NCBI GenBank assembly: GCA_018920345.1 | Contig: JAHLMN010000006.1 | Location: 8,817-72,816 of the forward strand | Source of the DNA: Candidatus Aenigmatarchaeota archaeon | GTDB lineage: Archaea > Aenigmatarchaeota > Aenigmatarchaeia > CG10238-14 | Direction of reading: 5' to 3' | Length of the DNA: 64,000 bases | Shown here: piece by piece, positions 17,341 to 26,682 of the stretch | Layout: each line of letters begins with the position of its first letter | Numbering within the stretch: the stretch's first letter is position 1 | Made by a program: the position numbers and the translations under genes | The notes under the pieces: generated by a model | What the model was told of the DNA's origin: nothing | The model's database searches: none | Seen by the model: the letters and a program-made list of their open reading frames with translations, nothing else

Positions 17341-19506
17341 TTATTTAATTTCTAGAAATTTTTGTTTTTCTTCATTACTTTCACCAAGTTGTTTTTTTAT
17401 ACTTACAGCAACAGAATTACCAACAATTCTACTTAAAATTGCTAAATCAATTTTTCTTAAATCTTCCAAAGATTTTAAATTGTGCGAATACAATCTTCTT
17501 GCTCTAACTCTACCAACACCTTTTAATTTAATTAAAGGTAAAAGTTCTTCTTTTACCCCATGCTTAACTCTTATTCTCAATTTTCTCAAATCTTTTATTA
17601 ATTCTTTATATCCAAGTAACAAAGCCAATTCACTCAAGGCATATAAAAGCCAATCTGCATTTGTCAACCTTGTCCTTAACTCACCTGGTGTAACCCCTCT
17701 TTTACTCAAAATTTCATCTTCACTTTTTTCGTTTATCCAATCATCAATAACTAAAGCTGTTTTGATTGTTTGCATAAAATCTTCATAATTTTCATCCCAT
17801 TCTTTAGGTATATCAACCAGAAAATCATTCTCATGTTGAATAAACTTTTCCTCAACTTCTTCTATATCTTTTCCACTTATGGAAAGTAATGGTCTCATTT
17901 CCAAACAACTGTTAATAAGATGAAGATAGCTAAATTCATTCACATTTTTATTTAAAGCTTTCTCTAAACCCTTAATAAATAGATAACCTGTCAAAGGATC
18001 AATATACAATTCTGAAATTCTTTTGCCAATTTTAGTTGCATTTAACTTTTCATTTATTCTAACAATAAAACCAAATTCTATTAATCTTTCTAAAATTCTT
18101 TCTATTCTTACATCCAAACCAGCAATATCTCCATATTGATAGGCATAAAAAGTATTTCTAAAAAAATTATATAACTGATCAATATTACTAGCGAAACCAG
18201 AAGATATTAATGCCAAAACATGCATTCTTAATACAGGTTCTAGAGCAAGCTTTGATTGTATTTGCTCGCTTTCCCCGTTAATATATCTTTCTACTAACTC
18301 AAAAGCCTCATCTTCATTTTTAGCAATCAATATAGCTTCTCCTTCAGAATTAAAATCAGGTCTTCCTGCTCTACCTGCCATTTGTTTGTATTCAAATACT
18401 GGAATATATCTTGAACCCAAACCAGCGTAAAATCTTTTAACATCTCTTATAACAACTCTATGACTAGGTAAATTAACTCCTTGAGCAAGTGTAGGCGTAG
18501 CTACTATTACTTTGATCAATCCATTTCTAAAATAATCTTCTATTAATTTCTTTTGTTTTCCAATCAAACCTGCATGATGAAAAGCAACACCATTTTCAAT
18601 ACATTTGGCAAGTCTTTTACATTGTTTTGTTGGTACGTCCAATACATTTAACACATCATTTGATATCTTTCTTAGCTCAGAAATTTCAGCAAAAGACAAA
18701 TATCTTCTAGTCTCGCTAGATAATTTTTCAGCAAGAGACTCTGCATTTCTTCTTGAAGCAACAAAAAACAATATTTGTTTATTCATTTCCAAACTGTTCT
18801 TAACTATTGATAATTCATGCCAAAGATCTTTGTCAAGATTATATTTTCTTTTTTCAAAAAATTCTATTGTAGAATCAAAAGATACACCTTCATAAAGTTT
18901 AACTGGTCTCCAGTTGCTTTCTACAATTTCTGCATCTAACCATTCAGCAATTTCTTTTACATTACTTATAGTAGCACTTAATCCCAATATTTGTACATTA
19001 GGTAATATTTTTTTTAGTCTTGTTAATAATATTTCTAAAGTAGGTCCTCTTGAAGAATCTGTAAGCATATGTATTTCATCGACAACTATAAGACCAACAT
19101 CTATAATCCAGTCAGCACCATGTCTTATTAAACTATCAGCCTTTTCATTGCTACATATAATCCAATCATAATCTCTTAACCAAGGATCACTACTATCCAA
19201 ATCACCTACACTTAAAGCAATTTTCAATCCCAAAGATTCAAATCTTTCTTTAAAATTTTCATAATGTTCTTGTGCTAAAGCCACTAAAGGACAAAGATAG
19301 ATCATTTTCATTTTTTTGTTATAAAAACAATTTAAGCCAGCTAGAGCTGCACATAAAGTCTTACCACTAGCAGTAGGTGCAGCAACAATCAAGTTTTTTT
19401 CAAACAAACCTTTTTTTACAGCTTGCTCTTGAACAGGGTTCAATTTTTCAAATTTATATTTTTCCAAGACTTTTTTTATTATTTCATTTTTTTCCATGGA
19501 AAACAA
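17341..19506 (-). CDS. hel308: Ski2-like DNA helicase Hel308
   Basis: Walker A AAPTASGKT, DEIH box, SAT motif and helicase C domain. C-terminal winged-helix and HhH domains in 721 aa. Confidence 0.85.
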   Translation of the reverse strand: MFSMEKNEIIKKVLEKYKFEKLNPVQEQAVKKGLFEKNLIVAAPTASGKTLCAALAGLNCFYNKKMKMIYLCPLVALAQEHYENFKERFESLGLKIALSVGDLDSSDPWLRDYDWIICSNEKADSLIRHGADWIIDVGLIVVDEIHMLTDSSRGPTLEILLTRLKKILPNVQILGLSATISNVKEIAEWLDAEIVESNWRPVKLYEGVSFDSTIEFFEKRKYNLDKDLWHELSIVKNSLEMNKQILFFVASRRNAESLAEKLSSETRRYLSFAEISELRKISNDVLNVLDVPTKQCKRLAKCIENGVAFHHAGLIGKQKKLIEDYFRNGLIKVIVATPTLAQGVNLPSHRVVIRDVKRFYAGLGSRYIPVFEYKQMAGRAGRPDFNSEGEAILIAKNEDEAFELVERYINGESEQIQSKLALEPVLRMHVLALISSGFASNIDQLYNFFRNTFYAYQYGDIAGLDVRIERILERLIEFGFIVRINEKLNATKIGKRISELYIDPLTGYLFIKGLEKALNKNVNEFSYLHLINSCLEMRPLLSISGKDIEEVEEKFIQHENDFLVDIPKEWDENYEDFMQTIKTALVIDDWINEKSEDEILSKRGVTPGELRTRLTNADWLLYALSELALLLGYKELIKDLRKLRIRVKHGVKEELLPLIKLKGVGRVRARRLYSHNLKSLEDLRKIDLAILSRIVGNSVAVSIKKQLGESNEEKQKFLEIK

Positions 19507-19676
19507 TTAGTAAAGAAAAAATTAAATCAATTATTACTTTAAAATTACATAATAAAAATACTAAGAAAAATATAATTGAAAAAACCAATTTTCTAAAATA
19601 AATTTAATAAAACCTCTATAGATTCACAAAAATTTGTTTTTATTAATTTTGTCAAAACTATTTTGAGGGGGTGACT

Positions 19677-19799
19677 ATGAAATGCGAGTGTGGTGGCCAC
19701 ATATATTATGAATTTAGCGATGGGTTAAAAATAGTAGACATTTGTTTGAATTGTGGAAAAACAGTTTATTTAAACAAGATCAAAAAACTCTTTCTTTAA
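19677..19799 (+). CDS. small C4 zinc-ribbon protein (40 aa)
   Basis: Unlisted ORF MKCECGGHIYYEFSDGLKIVDICLNCGKTVYLNKIKKLFL. Preceded by a GAGGGGGTGA Shine-Dalgarno-like motif. Confidence 0.4.
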   Translation: MKCECGGHIYYEFSDGLKIVDICLNCGKTVYLNKIKKLFL

Positions 19800-19803
19800 T
19801 TTT

Positions 19804-20199
19804 TTATTTGTTTTCACTATAATAAAATCTCAAAAACAAATAAAACCTTTGAACTATAAAACCAATAGCAATACCTATTATTGCTCCTGCAATAACATCT
19901 GCGGGTGTATGTACAAAAGTAACAACTCTTAAAGAACCTATAACTATTGATGTGACTGCAAATAATGAAGACAATATCTTGTTTTTTGTTTCTAACATAA
20001 AAGCAGTTGTCAAGGCAAAAGCTATTAATGTGTGTCTACTAGGAAATGAATAGTCTTGTGGACAACCCACTAATCCTACACAAGGTCTGGGTGCTTTAAC
20101 CATATTTTTTAGTATTTCTCCTATATAATAACTAACAAAGAATGTTAACAAAAGAGTTATAAAAAGTTGAACATACATTCTCTTCCATTTTCTATTCAT
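19804..20199 (-). CDS. PAP2-superfamily (acid phosphatase/phosphatidylglycerophosphatase-like) membrane protein
   Basis: PAP2 motifs KAPRP, PSRH and HTPADV in a four-TM, 131-aa protein. Confidence 0.55.
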   Translation of the reverse strand: MNRKWKRMYVQLFITLLLTFFVSYYIGEILKNMVKAPRPCVGLVGCPQDYSFPSRHTLIAFALTTAFMLETKNKILSSLFAVTSIVIGSLRVVTFVHTPADVIAGAIIGIAIGFIVQRFYLFLRFYYSENK

Positions 20200-20609
20200 A
20201 CTATCAATCTAATTATTAATTTAGTATTAGGATTTTTTAATTCTTTTATCAGTTCTCTTTTTAATTCAAAAGCAGCTTTATTGGCCTTTACAGCTATTGT
20301 TCTTTCATCTATGAAATCTGATTTTCTTATAACAAAACTAACAGTACTTTCCAATAAAAGATTTTTATCTCCAAAAGCAATTAATTCATCTTTTATACCA
20401 TTTGCTTCAAAAACAAATTTTATTTTTTTACCTTCTTTTAGAATTCTTTTTGTTTTTTCATTTAGATCAAAACATGATTTGCTAGCATTTACTGCTATTA
20501 TACAATCACCTTTTTTTGTTAAAAAAACTTCTTTTGTAATTTCTATGGTACTTTTATGTTTAGCTAAAACTAAAGGATGACCATATGCTATAATTTCTTC
20601 TAATATCAT
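20196..20609 (-). CDS. conserved archaeal protein, possibly DUF371-like
   Basis: 137-aa soluble protein. The DUF371 attribution is from memory and is weak. Confidence 0.35.
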   Translation of the reverse strand: MILEEIIAYGHPLVLAKHKSTIEITKEVFLTKKGDCIIAVNASKSCFDLNEKTKRILKEGKKIKFVFEANGIKDELIAFGDKNLLLESTVSFVIRKSDFIDERTIAVKANKAAFELKRELIKELKNPNTKLIIRLIV

Positions 20610-20644
20610 TAAAAAAAGAATTTCATTTATTACTATTTATTTTA

Positions 20645-21619
20645 TTAACAAGAACCAGCAACTTGGGCTGTATTTCCTGTTTCTAGAGTTTGATTGCATT
20701 CAGCTGGAACTGTTTTGAAACCAGAGCAAATAGCCTGCTTGTAAGCCTCTGGTGTTCTTGCACCATTGTAAACTTTGCCATTTATTATTAGAGTAGGCGA
20801 TCCCCTTACACCATTTTGGTTTGTTAATGCCTCATGTTGCTTTAATATATCCAAAGCTTCTTTACTTTTAGAGCAATCATCTATTTTCTTGTCATCTATA
20901 TTGAATTTCTTAGCTGCATTTCTCCAACATGTATCCAAAGCTTTTTCATCTCTATAAACACTATAACAGTTTGCGTTTATCTCCATAACATAATTCCAAT
21001 AAGTTGTTTGATCATAATTTTTGGCTATACATATTTGCCTTAAATCTTCCATTGCTTCATTTGGTCCATGTAAAGAATCAACTGATTTATAATCTTCACC
21101 ATTTACATTTGCTATAAATAATATTCTAAAGTTGGCCTTGTTCTTTAATAAATCAAATACAGGTTTCATTGCGTTTTCAGCTTGAACACCATATGGACAG
21201 AAAGACATTACATATAAATCAACTTGTGGTTTTTCTGCATCAGGTGCATCGAATGTAGTCGAACCAGTATCCTCTTCCTTAGGTAAAGGTGTAGACATAT
21301 CCAATGGTTGAGATAAAAATAAAAGTTTACCATCTTTACTTACATAAACAGGAATATTTTGACCTTGATAAGATGTAGTAACTTTAAACAAACCACCTTC
21401 TTTCTCGACAGAAACTAGAGTTGCTTTTGTTTGCCCTTGAATTAAATTATCATTTATATAATTGACTGTTTTTTCACCTATACTTTGTGGATTAGAAGGA
21501 GAAAAATAAAGATAGGCTAAAACAATAACAACTACTGATAATAAAACTGTAGAAAACATCCAATAATTTGGCTTTTTTTCATGCCTTTTTTCTTCAATAT
21601 GTTCTTTTTTCTTTGCCAT
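20645..21619 (-). CDS. membrane-anchored DsbA-like thioredoxin-fold protein with monothiol CPYG active site
   Basis: N-terminal TM helix. Thioredoxin fold with YVMSFCPYGVQAEN where CxxC would be, and cis-Pro RGSPTLIING. Additional Cys pairs lie downstream. Confidence 0.55.
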   Translation of the reverse strand: MAKKKEHIEEKRHEKKPNYWMFSTVLLSVVVIVLAYLYFSPSNPQSIGEKTVNYINDNLIQGQTKATLVSVEKEGGLFKVTTSYQGQNIPVYVSKDGKLLFLSQPLDMSTPLPKEEDTGSTTFDAPDAEKPQVDLYVMSFCPYGVQAENAMKPVFDLLKNKANFRILFIANVNGEDYKSVDSLHGPNEAMEDLRQICIAKNYDQTTYWNYVMEINANCYSVYRDEKALDTCWRNAAKKFNIDDKKIDDCSKSKEALDILKQHEALTNQNGVRGSPTLIINGKVYNGARTPEAYKQAICSGFKTVPAECNQTLETGNTAQVAGSC

Positions 21620-21703
21620 TAGACATATGTATAAAAAGCAAATATTAAAAACTTATGTCTAGTTATTATTTTAGCTAAACAATTTAAATTTTAACAAGAA
21701 AAA

Positions 21704-22234
21704 GTGTTTATGATTGTAGAAACTGTCAATTATGTACTTTCACAATTTACTTTAATAGGATTGATTTTCATAATATTGTCTATTTTTTATGAAGTTTTAA
21801 GGAAAAAAATAAAGATAAAATCTGCTGAGAAATTAAGAAATTTTTTAAAAAAAGAATCTTTGTTGATCATTTTAATAATATCTTCTATAGCAACTTTAGG
21901 TAGTTTATTTTTTTCAGAAATAGCTCTTTATGAACCCTGTAAGCTTTGTTGGTTTCAAAGAATATTCATGTATCCAATACCAATAATATCTCTTATAGGA
22001 TTATTAAAGAAACAAAAACCATTTATCTATATATTAACTTTATCTTTGATCGGTTTTTCTATATCTTTGTACCATAACATCACAAGATTTTCTCAATTAA
22101 ATAGTGGATTATTTTGCCAGATTGGAAGTAACTGCTCTATAACCTATTTTACATATTTCAATTTTATAACAATACCAATCATGTCTTTAACAGCATTTTC
22201 TTTGATAATATTATTTTCATATAAAAATAATTAA
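21704..22234 (+). CDS. dsbB: disulfide bond formation protein DsbB (BdbC-like)
   Basis: Four TM helices. First-loop CxxC in EPCKLCWFQRIFMYP and a second-loop Cys pair FCQIGSNC. Divergent from the DsbA-like gene. Confidence 0.65.
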   Translation: MFMIVETVNYVLSQFTLIGLIFIILSIFYEVLRKKIKIKSAEKLRNFLKKESLLIILIISSIATLGSLFFSEIALYEPCKLCWFQRIFMYPIPIISLIGLLKKQKPFIYILTLSLIGFSISLYHNITRFSQLNSGLFCQIGSNCSITYFTYFNFITIPIMSLTAFSLIILFSYKNN

Positions 22235-22259
22235 TAGAAGATTCTACAAAAACAATTTA

Positions 22260-23585
22260 ATGGATAGAGAAGAGTGGAAAACAACAGCTGGTTTTTTATT
22301 TGCTTCTATTGGTTCAGCTGTTGGGTTAGGAAGCATATGGAGATTTCCATATATTTTTAATCAATATGGAGGTAGCAGCTTTTTATTAGCATATATCATC
22401 GCTGTTTTAATAATAGGACTCCCATTAATGTTTTTGGAATTTGCTATTGGAAGAAAATTCAAAGGATCAGTAATAACAGTCTTTTCTAGCTTAAATAAAA
22501 AGTTTAAAAGCCTAGGATTTTTACCCGTAATAGTAAACTTCTTTACATTGTCTTATTATATTGTCATTGTTGGATGGGTTTTTGGATATTTTATAGAATC
22601 GTTTTTGATCACTAAAATAGACTTTAACTATTATAGCAATTCTTTCATGCCAACACTAGCTACTTTTTTATCGCTCTTGATATCTTCAGCCATAGTTTAT
22701 TTTGGAATAGAAAAAGGAATTGAAAAATTTTCAAAAATATTCATGCCTTTATTTTTTGTTATATTATTAGCGATGCTTGCTTTCATTTTGACATTTCCTA
22801 AAGGAATAGAAGGTATACTTTATTATTTTAAAATAGATTTTTCAAGGCAAATAGATCCTAAAATTTTGTTATTCGCCGCGAGCCAAGCTTTGTATTCTTT
22901 ATCTTTGGGTACTGGAATAATGATAACTTATGGAAGTTATTTGAGTAAAAAAGAGAATATACCAAAATCATCAATTATAATTGCATTATCAGTTGTTATG
23001 ACGGCTTTGATAAACTCAATGATATTGTTTGGCTTTATTTATTCTAATGAAAAAGAAGTAATTTCAGGTTCAAAATTAGCTTTTGAAGTTATGCCTGAAA
23101 TATTTTCAAAAATAAAGTTTGGTCAGGTAATACAACCTTTATTCTTTTTATTACTTTTCATTGCTGGATTAACATCTACAATATCCATGAAAGAGGTAGT
23201 TGTAGCATCTCTAATAGATGAATTAAAATGGAGTAGAAAAAAATCATCTTTTGTTTTATTTTTTGTTTTATTAGCAATATCAATGATTATTTCTTTAAAC
23301 TATAGTGGATTTATTTTACCTGAAATAAGTTTGCTTGAAAAGTTTGACTTCATATTTGGTAGTTTGCTATTAATTTTATCATCAATAATTATTTCGGCTA
23401 TTTTTTCGTGGAGCTGGAACACAAGAAGTTTGCTTGAAGAAGTTGATATAAAGCTTGAAAATATTAGTAGAAAGCTAGATAAATTTGTAGAAAAGGACGT
23501 TTTTCTATTGATTTTAAGGTTTGTTGCGCCAATTTGTTTGATGATATTGTTATTGTTAGAATTAAAAACAGTCTTTTTCTTATAG
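22260..23585 (+). CDS. sodium:neurotransmitter symporter family (NSS/SNF) transporter
   Basis: NSS signature GSAVGLGSIWRFPYIF. About 11-12 TM helices. Confidence 0.85.
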   Translation: MDREEWKTTAGFLFASIGSAVGLGSIWRFPYIFNQYGGSSFLLAYIIAVLIIGLPLMFLEFAIGRKFKGSVITVFSSLNKKFKSLGFLPVIVNFFTLSYYIVIVGWVFGYFIESFLITKIDFNYYSNSFMPTLATFLSLLISSAIVYFGIEKGIEKFSKIFMPLFFVILLAMLAFILTFPKGIEGILYYFKIDFSRQIDPKILLFAASQALYSLSLGTGIMITYGSYLSKKENIPKSSIIIALSVVMTALINSMILFGFIYSNEKEVISGSKLAFEVMPEIFSKIKFGQVIQPLFFLLLFIAGLTSTISMKEVVVASLIDELKWSRKKSSFVLFFVLLAISMIISLNYSGFILPEISLLEKFDFIFGSLLLILSSIIISAIFSWSWNTRSLLEEVDIKLENISRKLDKFVEKDVFLLILRFVAPICLMILLLLELKTVFFL

Positions 23586-23586
23586 A

Positions 23587-23734
23587 CGCCAAGGCAGGGA
23601 TTTGAACCCTGAAGGGCAAAGCCCGCCGGATTTCCTTCGGTTCACCTCCTTGACATCACGAATCAGGGTCAAGCCATCTTCCACATCGGAACTCGACTCA
23701 AGTCCGGTGCATTACCTGGTTCTGCCACCTTGGC
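23587..23734 (-). tRNA. tRNA-Ser (anticodon UGA) with ~65-nt intron
   Basis: Reverse complement has acceptor GCCAAGG/CCTTGGC, a 3-bp D-stem, anticodon stem CCGGA/TCCGG, loop CUUGAG, a long variable arm CGGGCTTTGCCC and T-arm CAGGGTTCAAATCCCTG. About 65 nt are inserted after position 37. Confidence 0.6.
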
Positions 23735-23790
23735 ACAACTATTATATAAATAATAAAATCCTTTAAATTTCTTTTCTCGAATTAAAAATC

Positions 23791-24813
23791 ATGCCTAAAT
23801 TCACAGAAGAGAGACTGAAAAAATATAAAAAAGCCGGATATCGAATAGTTGGCAAAAATTTACACACAGGAGTAGAAATTTGTAGATGGACAAAGTCTGT
23901 TTTAAGAAACAAAAGAAACTGTTATAAAGCTGTTTATGGAATTAGATCCCATCGTTGCATTCAAATGACACCAACTCTTGATTTTTGTCCATTTTCATGT
24001 AAATTTTGTTGGCGAAGTTTTGGACCTGAGAGATTTAAAACAGAAAGCAAATGGGATTCACCAAAGGAGATTGTAGATCAAATAATAGAAGCCCAAATAA
24101 AACTATTATCAGGTTTCGGGGGCAATCCAGCTACACCAAAACATTTATGGGACGAAGCAAAAAAACCTGCCCATGTGGCTATAAGTTTAGATGGTGAGCC
24201 AACTCTTTATCCTTATTTAGCTGAATTGATAAAAGAGATAAAATCTAGAGGTATGACAGCCTTTTTAGTTACCAATGGAACAATGCCTCATCGACTGAAA
24301 GAGTTAATAGAAAAAGATGCAGAGCCAACAAATCTTTACATAAGCGTCTATGCAACAAATAAAGAAGATTACAAATTTGTCACAAACTCATTCATTCCAG
24401 ATGAATGGGAAAGAGTGAATGAAAGCTTGAAATTATTGAAAGAATTCAAACAAGCAAGAACTGTTTTTAGAATGACAATGGTAAAAGATCTTAATATGAA
24501 AGATCCTGAAGGTTATGCCAATTTAATAAATATGGCTAAACCTCATTTTGTAGAGCTAAAAGGATATTCTCATTTAGGTGAATCAAAATTTAGATTAAAA
24601 AGAGAAAATATGCCTTCTTTGCAAGAATTAGAGGATTTTGCTTCAGAAATATCAAAAAATACAGGATATATGGTGAAAGCAGTTGATAAAGTAAGCAGAG
24701 TTATTATAATGGCAAGAGACGAAGATGTATGGCAATGGAGTTTGAAAAAAATAGAAGAGCAAAACAAAGAAATTAAAGAAAAAATAGACAAGAAAGGAGT
24801 CATAAGATTTTAG
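23791..24813 (+). CDS. taw1: tRNA 4-demethylwyosine synthase (radical SAM, Tyw1/Taw1)
   Basis: Radical-SAM CPFSCKFCWR (CxxxCxxC). N-terminal YKKAGYRIVGKN...CYK...GIRSHRC matches archaeal Taw1. Confidence 0.8.
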   Translation: MPKFTEERLKKYKKAGYRIVGKNLHTGVEICRWTKSVLRNKRNCYKAVYGIRSHRCIQMTPTLDFCPFSCKFCWRSFGPERFKTESKWDSPKEIVDQIIEAQIKLLSGFGGNPATPKHLWDEAKKPAHVAISLDGEPTLYPYLAELIKEIKSRGMTAFLVTNGTMPHRLKELIEKDAEPTNLYISVYATNKEDYKFVTNSFIPDEWERVNESLKLLKEFKQARTVFRMTMVKDLNMKDPEGYANLINMAKPHFVELKGYSHLGESKFRLKRENMPSLQELEDFASEISKNTGYMVKAVDKVSRVIIMARDEDVWQWSLKKIEEQNKEIKEKIDKKGVIRF

Positions 24814-25020
24814 TCAAAATTTTATTTTATGTTTATACTCAGCTTTCTCAGCTTTCTCAAGCGGCCAAGCATCTTCTATTAACATATCAGGTATTTTTCC
24901 ATCCAAAACAGGATAAGCTTTTTTACATTCCATGCATACAATAAACATACCCTTTTCGCTTACATCCCCTTTGCATAAAGGACAAGCCAATATCTCTAGC
25001 AACTCTTTTTTAACAGGCAT
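24814..25020 (-). CDS. trm112: Trm112-family small zinc-binding methyltransferase activator
   Basis: LLEILACPLCKGDV...CMECKKAYPVLDGIPDMLIEDA matches Trm112/DUF343. Confidence 0.7.
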   Translation of the reverse strand: MPVKKELLEILACPLCKGDVSEKGMFIVCMECKKAYPVLDGKIPDMLIEDAWPLEKAEKAEYKHKIKF

Positions 25021-25080
25021 AAAAATTATTTTATTCTAAAATATTTAATTGTTTTATAGTTTTCATGCTATTAATTTGCT

Positions 25081-25968
25081 ATGAATATAGCTATTATTGG
25101 CAGTAAAGGATTAGCAAAGGAATTAGGAAAATCAGGCACAAAATCTGATTTAGCTTTATATAATACTTCTTTTCAGGGAAAATACTTTACTTTTATAGAG
25201 CCACAAACATATCCAGAAAAGATCCAAACTCTTTTTCAAACTTTAAATATGTCTCAATTTGCTATTCTCTATATAACAAAAGATATTGAAAAGATTGCTT
25301 TAGGAGAAAGTATAATAGCTTTAGATATTTTAGAAAAACAAGGAATAATTTTTTTGGATGGTGTGGATGAAGCAGAAATATTAAATTTAATAAAAGAAAC
25401 AAATCTGAAAAATTATCGAATAATTAAAGATGTGAGAGAAGTAATGCAATTCTTAGCAAATCTAAATATAGAAACAATAAAAGAAAAACCAAAAGTTTTA
25501 ATAGACCATTCATTTATCGTTAAAAGTGTTGGTTTAGTTGCTCTAGGTACTGTTATTTCAGGTGAAATAAAAAAATACGATAAATTGTATGTTTACCCAT
25601 CAAAAAAAGAAGTTTTGATAAAATCAATACAAATACACGACAAAGATTTTGATAAAGCTGAATGCTTTGATAGAGTTGGGTTAGCATTAAAAGGAGTTGA
25701 ATTAGAGGATGTCGAAAGAGGAAATATAATTGGTGAAAACTTAATTTCAACAAAAAAATTAGATGGAGTTTCTATAACAAAAAACAAATTCTATAAAGAT
25801 GAAATTCCTTCAAACGTCATGTGTATTGTAGGTTTGCAATATGTGAATGCAAAAATAAATGAAAATTCTATAGATTTCTCTAAAGAAATAGTATTTGATA
25901 ATGAAAAAGTAATAATTTTAACTCCTGATAAGAAGATGAGAATATTAGGATATGCTGTTAAAAATTAA
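25081..25968 (+). CDS. EF-Tu/aIF2gamma-like protein with degenerate GTPase motifs (pseudo-GTPase)
   Basis: G-domain-like N-terminus with IAIIGSKGLAKELGK in place of GxxxxGK[ST], FIEPQTY in place of DxPGH, and TKD for NKxD. It is followed by an EF-Tu domain-2 beta-barrel VGLVALGTVISGEIKKYDKLYVYPS...RVGLALKGVELEDVERGNIIGE. Confidence 0.5.
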   Translation: MNIAIIGSKGLAKELGKSGTKSDLALYNTSFQGKYFTFIEPQTYPEKIQTLFQTLNMSQFAILYITKDIEKIALGESIIALDILEKQGIIFLDGVDEAEILNLIKETNLKNYRIIKDVREVMQFLANLNIETIKEKPKVLIDHSFIVKSVGLVALGTVISGEIKKYDKLYVYPSKKEVLIKSIQIHDKDFDKAECFDRVGLALKGVELEDVERGNIIGENLISTKKLDGVSITKNKFYKDEIPSNVMCIVGLQYVNAKINENSIDFSKEIVFDNEKVIILTPDKKMRILGYAVKN

Positions 25969-25993
25969 ATTATTTTAAAACAAATAGTATTTT

Positions 25994-26185
25994 ATGTGTC
26001 AACAAATAGTAGGTAAAGTAATATCTGTTGATAAAGACAAAGCAAAAGTTGAGATAAAAGGTAAAATTTATGATATGTTTAATCCTTTTGCAAAAATAGA
26101 AAAAGGCGATATGGTTATTTGCGCTGCAAATTATATTATAGAAAAAGCAGACGAAACGGTGTGTTTTATTGCAGATAAAAAATAG
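25994..26185 (+). CDS. HypC/HupF-like small beta-barrel protein
   Basis: 63 aa, MCQQIVGKVISVD...AKIEKGDMVICAANYIIEK. N-terminal Met-Cys and the layout resemble HypC. Confidence 0.45.
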   Translation: MCQQIVGKVISVDKDKAKVEIKGKIYDMFNPFAKIEKGDMVICAANYIIEKADETVCFIADKK

Positions 26186-26678
26186 AAAATTATTTTTTTG
26201 CTATGCTTTGCCTTGTGCACAAACATTTGTTAAAAGAGGAAAAATTAGTCAAGAAGATTTAGACAGAATAATAAAAAACTTTTCAAGAGGTAAAATGCCA
26301 AAAAAAGGGTTTGAAAGTATTTTTCTAGTAGCAAATAATATGTTAAAAATAATTGCTATGAAAATGGGTAAAGATAAAATAGACATGAAAGTTATAAGAC
26401 AATATTATTTAGTTGATCATGATAAAGTTGTTGATAAAAGATATGAAGAAGTTGGAGATTTTGATCCTATTGCATGCAAAATTAGAGTAGGCGAAGTTTT
26501 ATCTATAAAAGATAATAAGGCCATAATAAAAACAGAGTTTGGAATAAAAGAGTATAAGACAGATTTTGTAAAAAAATTAAGAGTAGGAGATAGAGTAATA
26601 GTTCATTATGATTTTATTGTGGAAAAATTTACAAAAAAAATTGAAAAAGATTTAAAAGAAATGAAACCTATATTGTGA
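26169..26678 (+). CDS. protein with C-terminal HypC-like domain (paralog of upstream gene) and unknown N-terminal domain
   Basis: The C-terminal ACKIRVGEVLSIKDNKAIIKTEFG...RVGDRVIVHYDFIVEK aligns residue by residue with the upstream 63-aa protein, including the Cys. The start codon is ambiguous because the ORF overlaps the previous one by 17 nt. Confidence 0.4.
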   Translation: MQIKNRKLFFCYALPCAQTFVKRGKISQEDLDRIIKNFSRGKMPKKGFESIFLVANNMLKIIAMKMGKDKIDMKVIRQYYLVDHDKVVDKRYEEVGDFDPIACKIRVGEVLSIKDNKAIIKTEFGIKEYKTDFVKKLRVGDRVIVHYDFIVEKFTKKIEKDLKEMKPIL

Positions 26679-26682
26679 TTTA

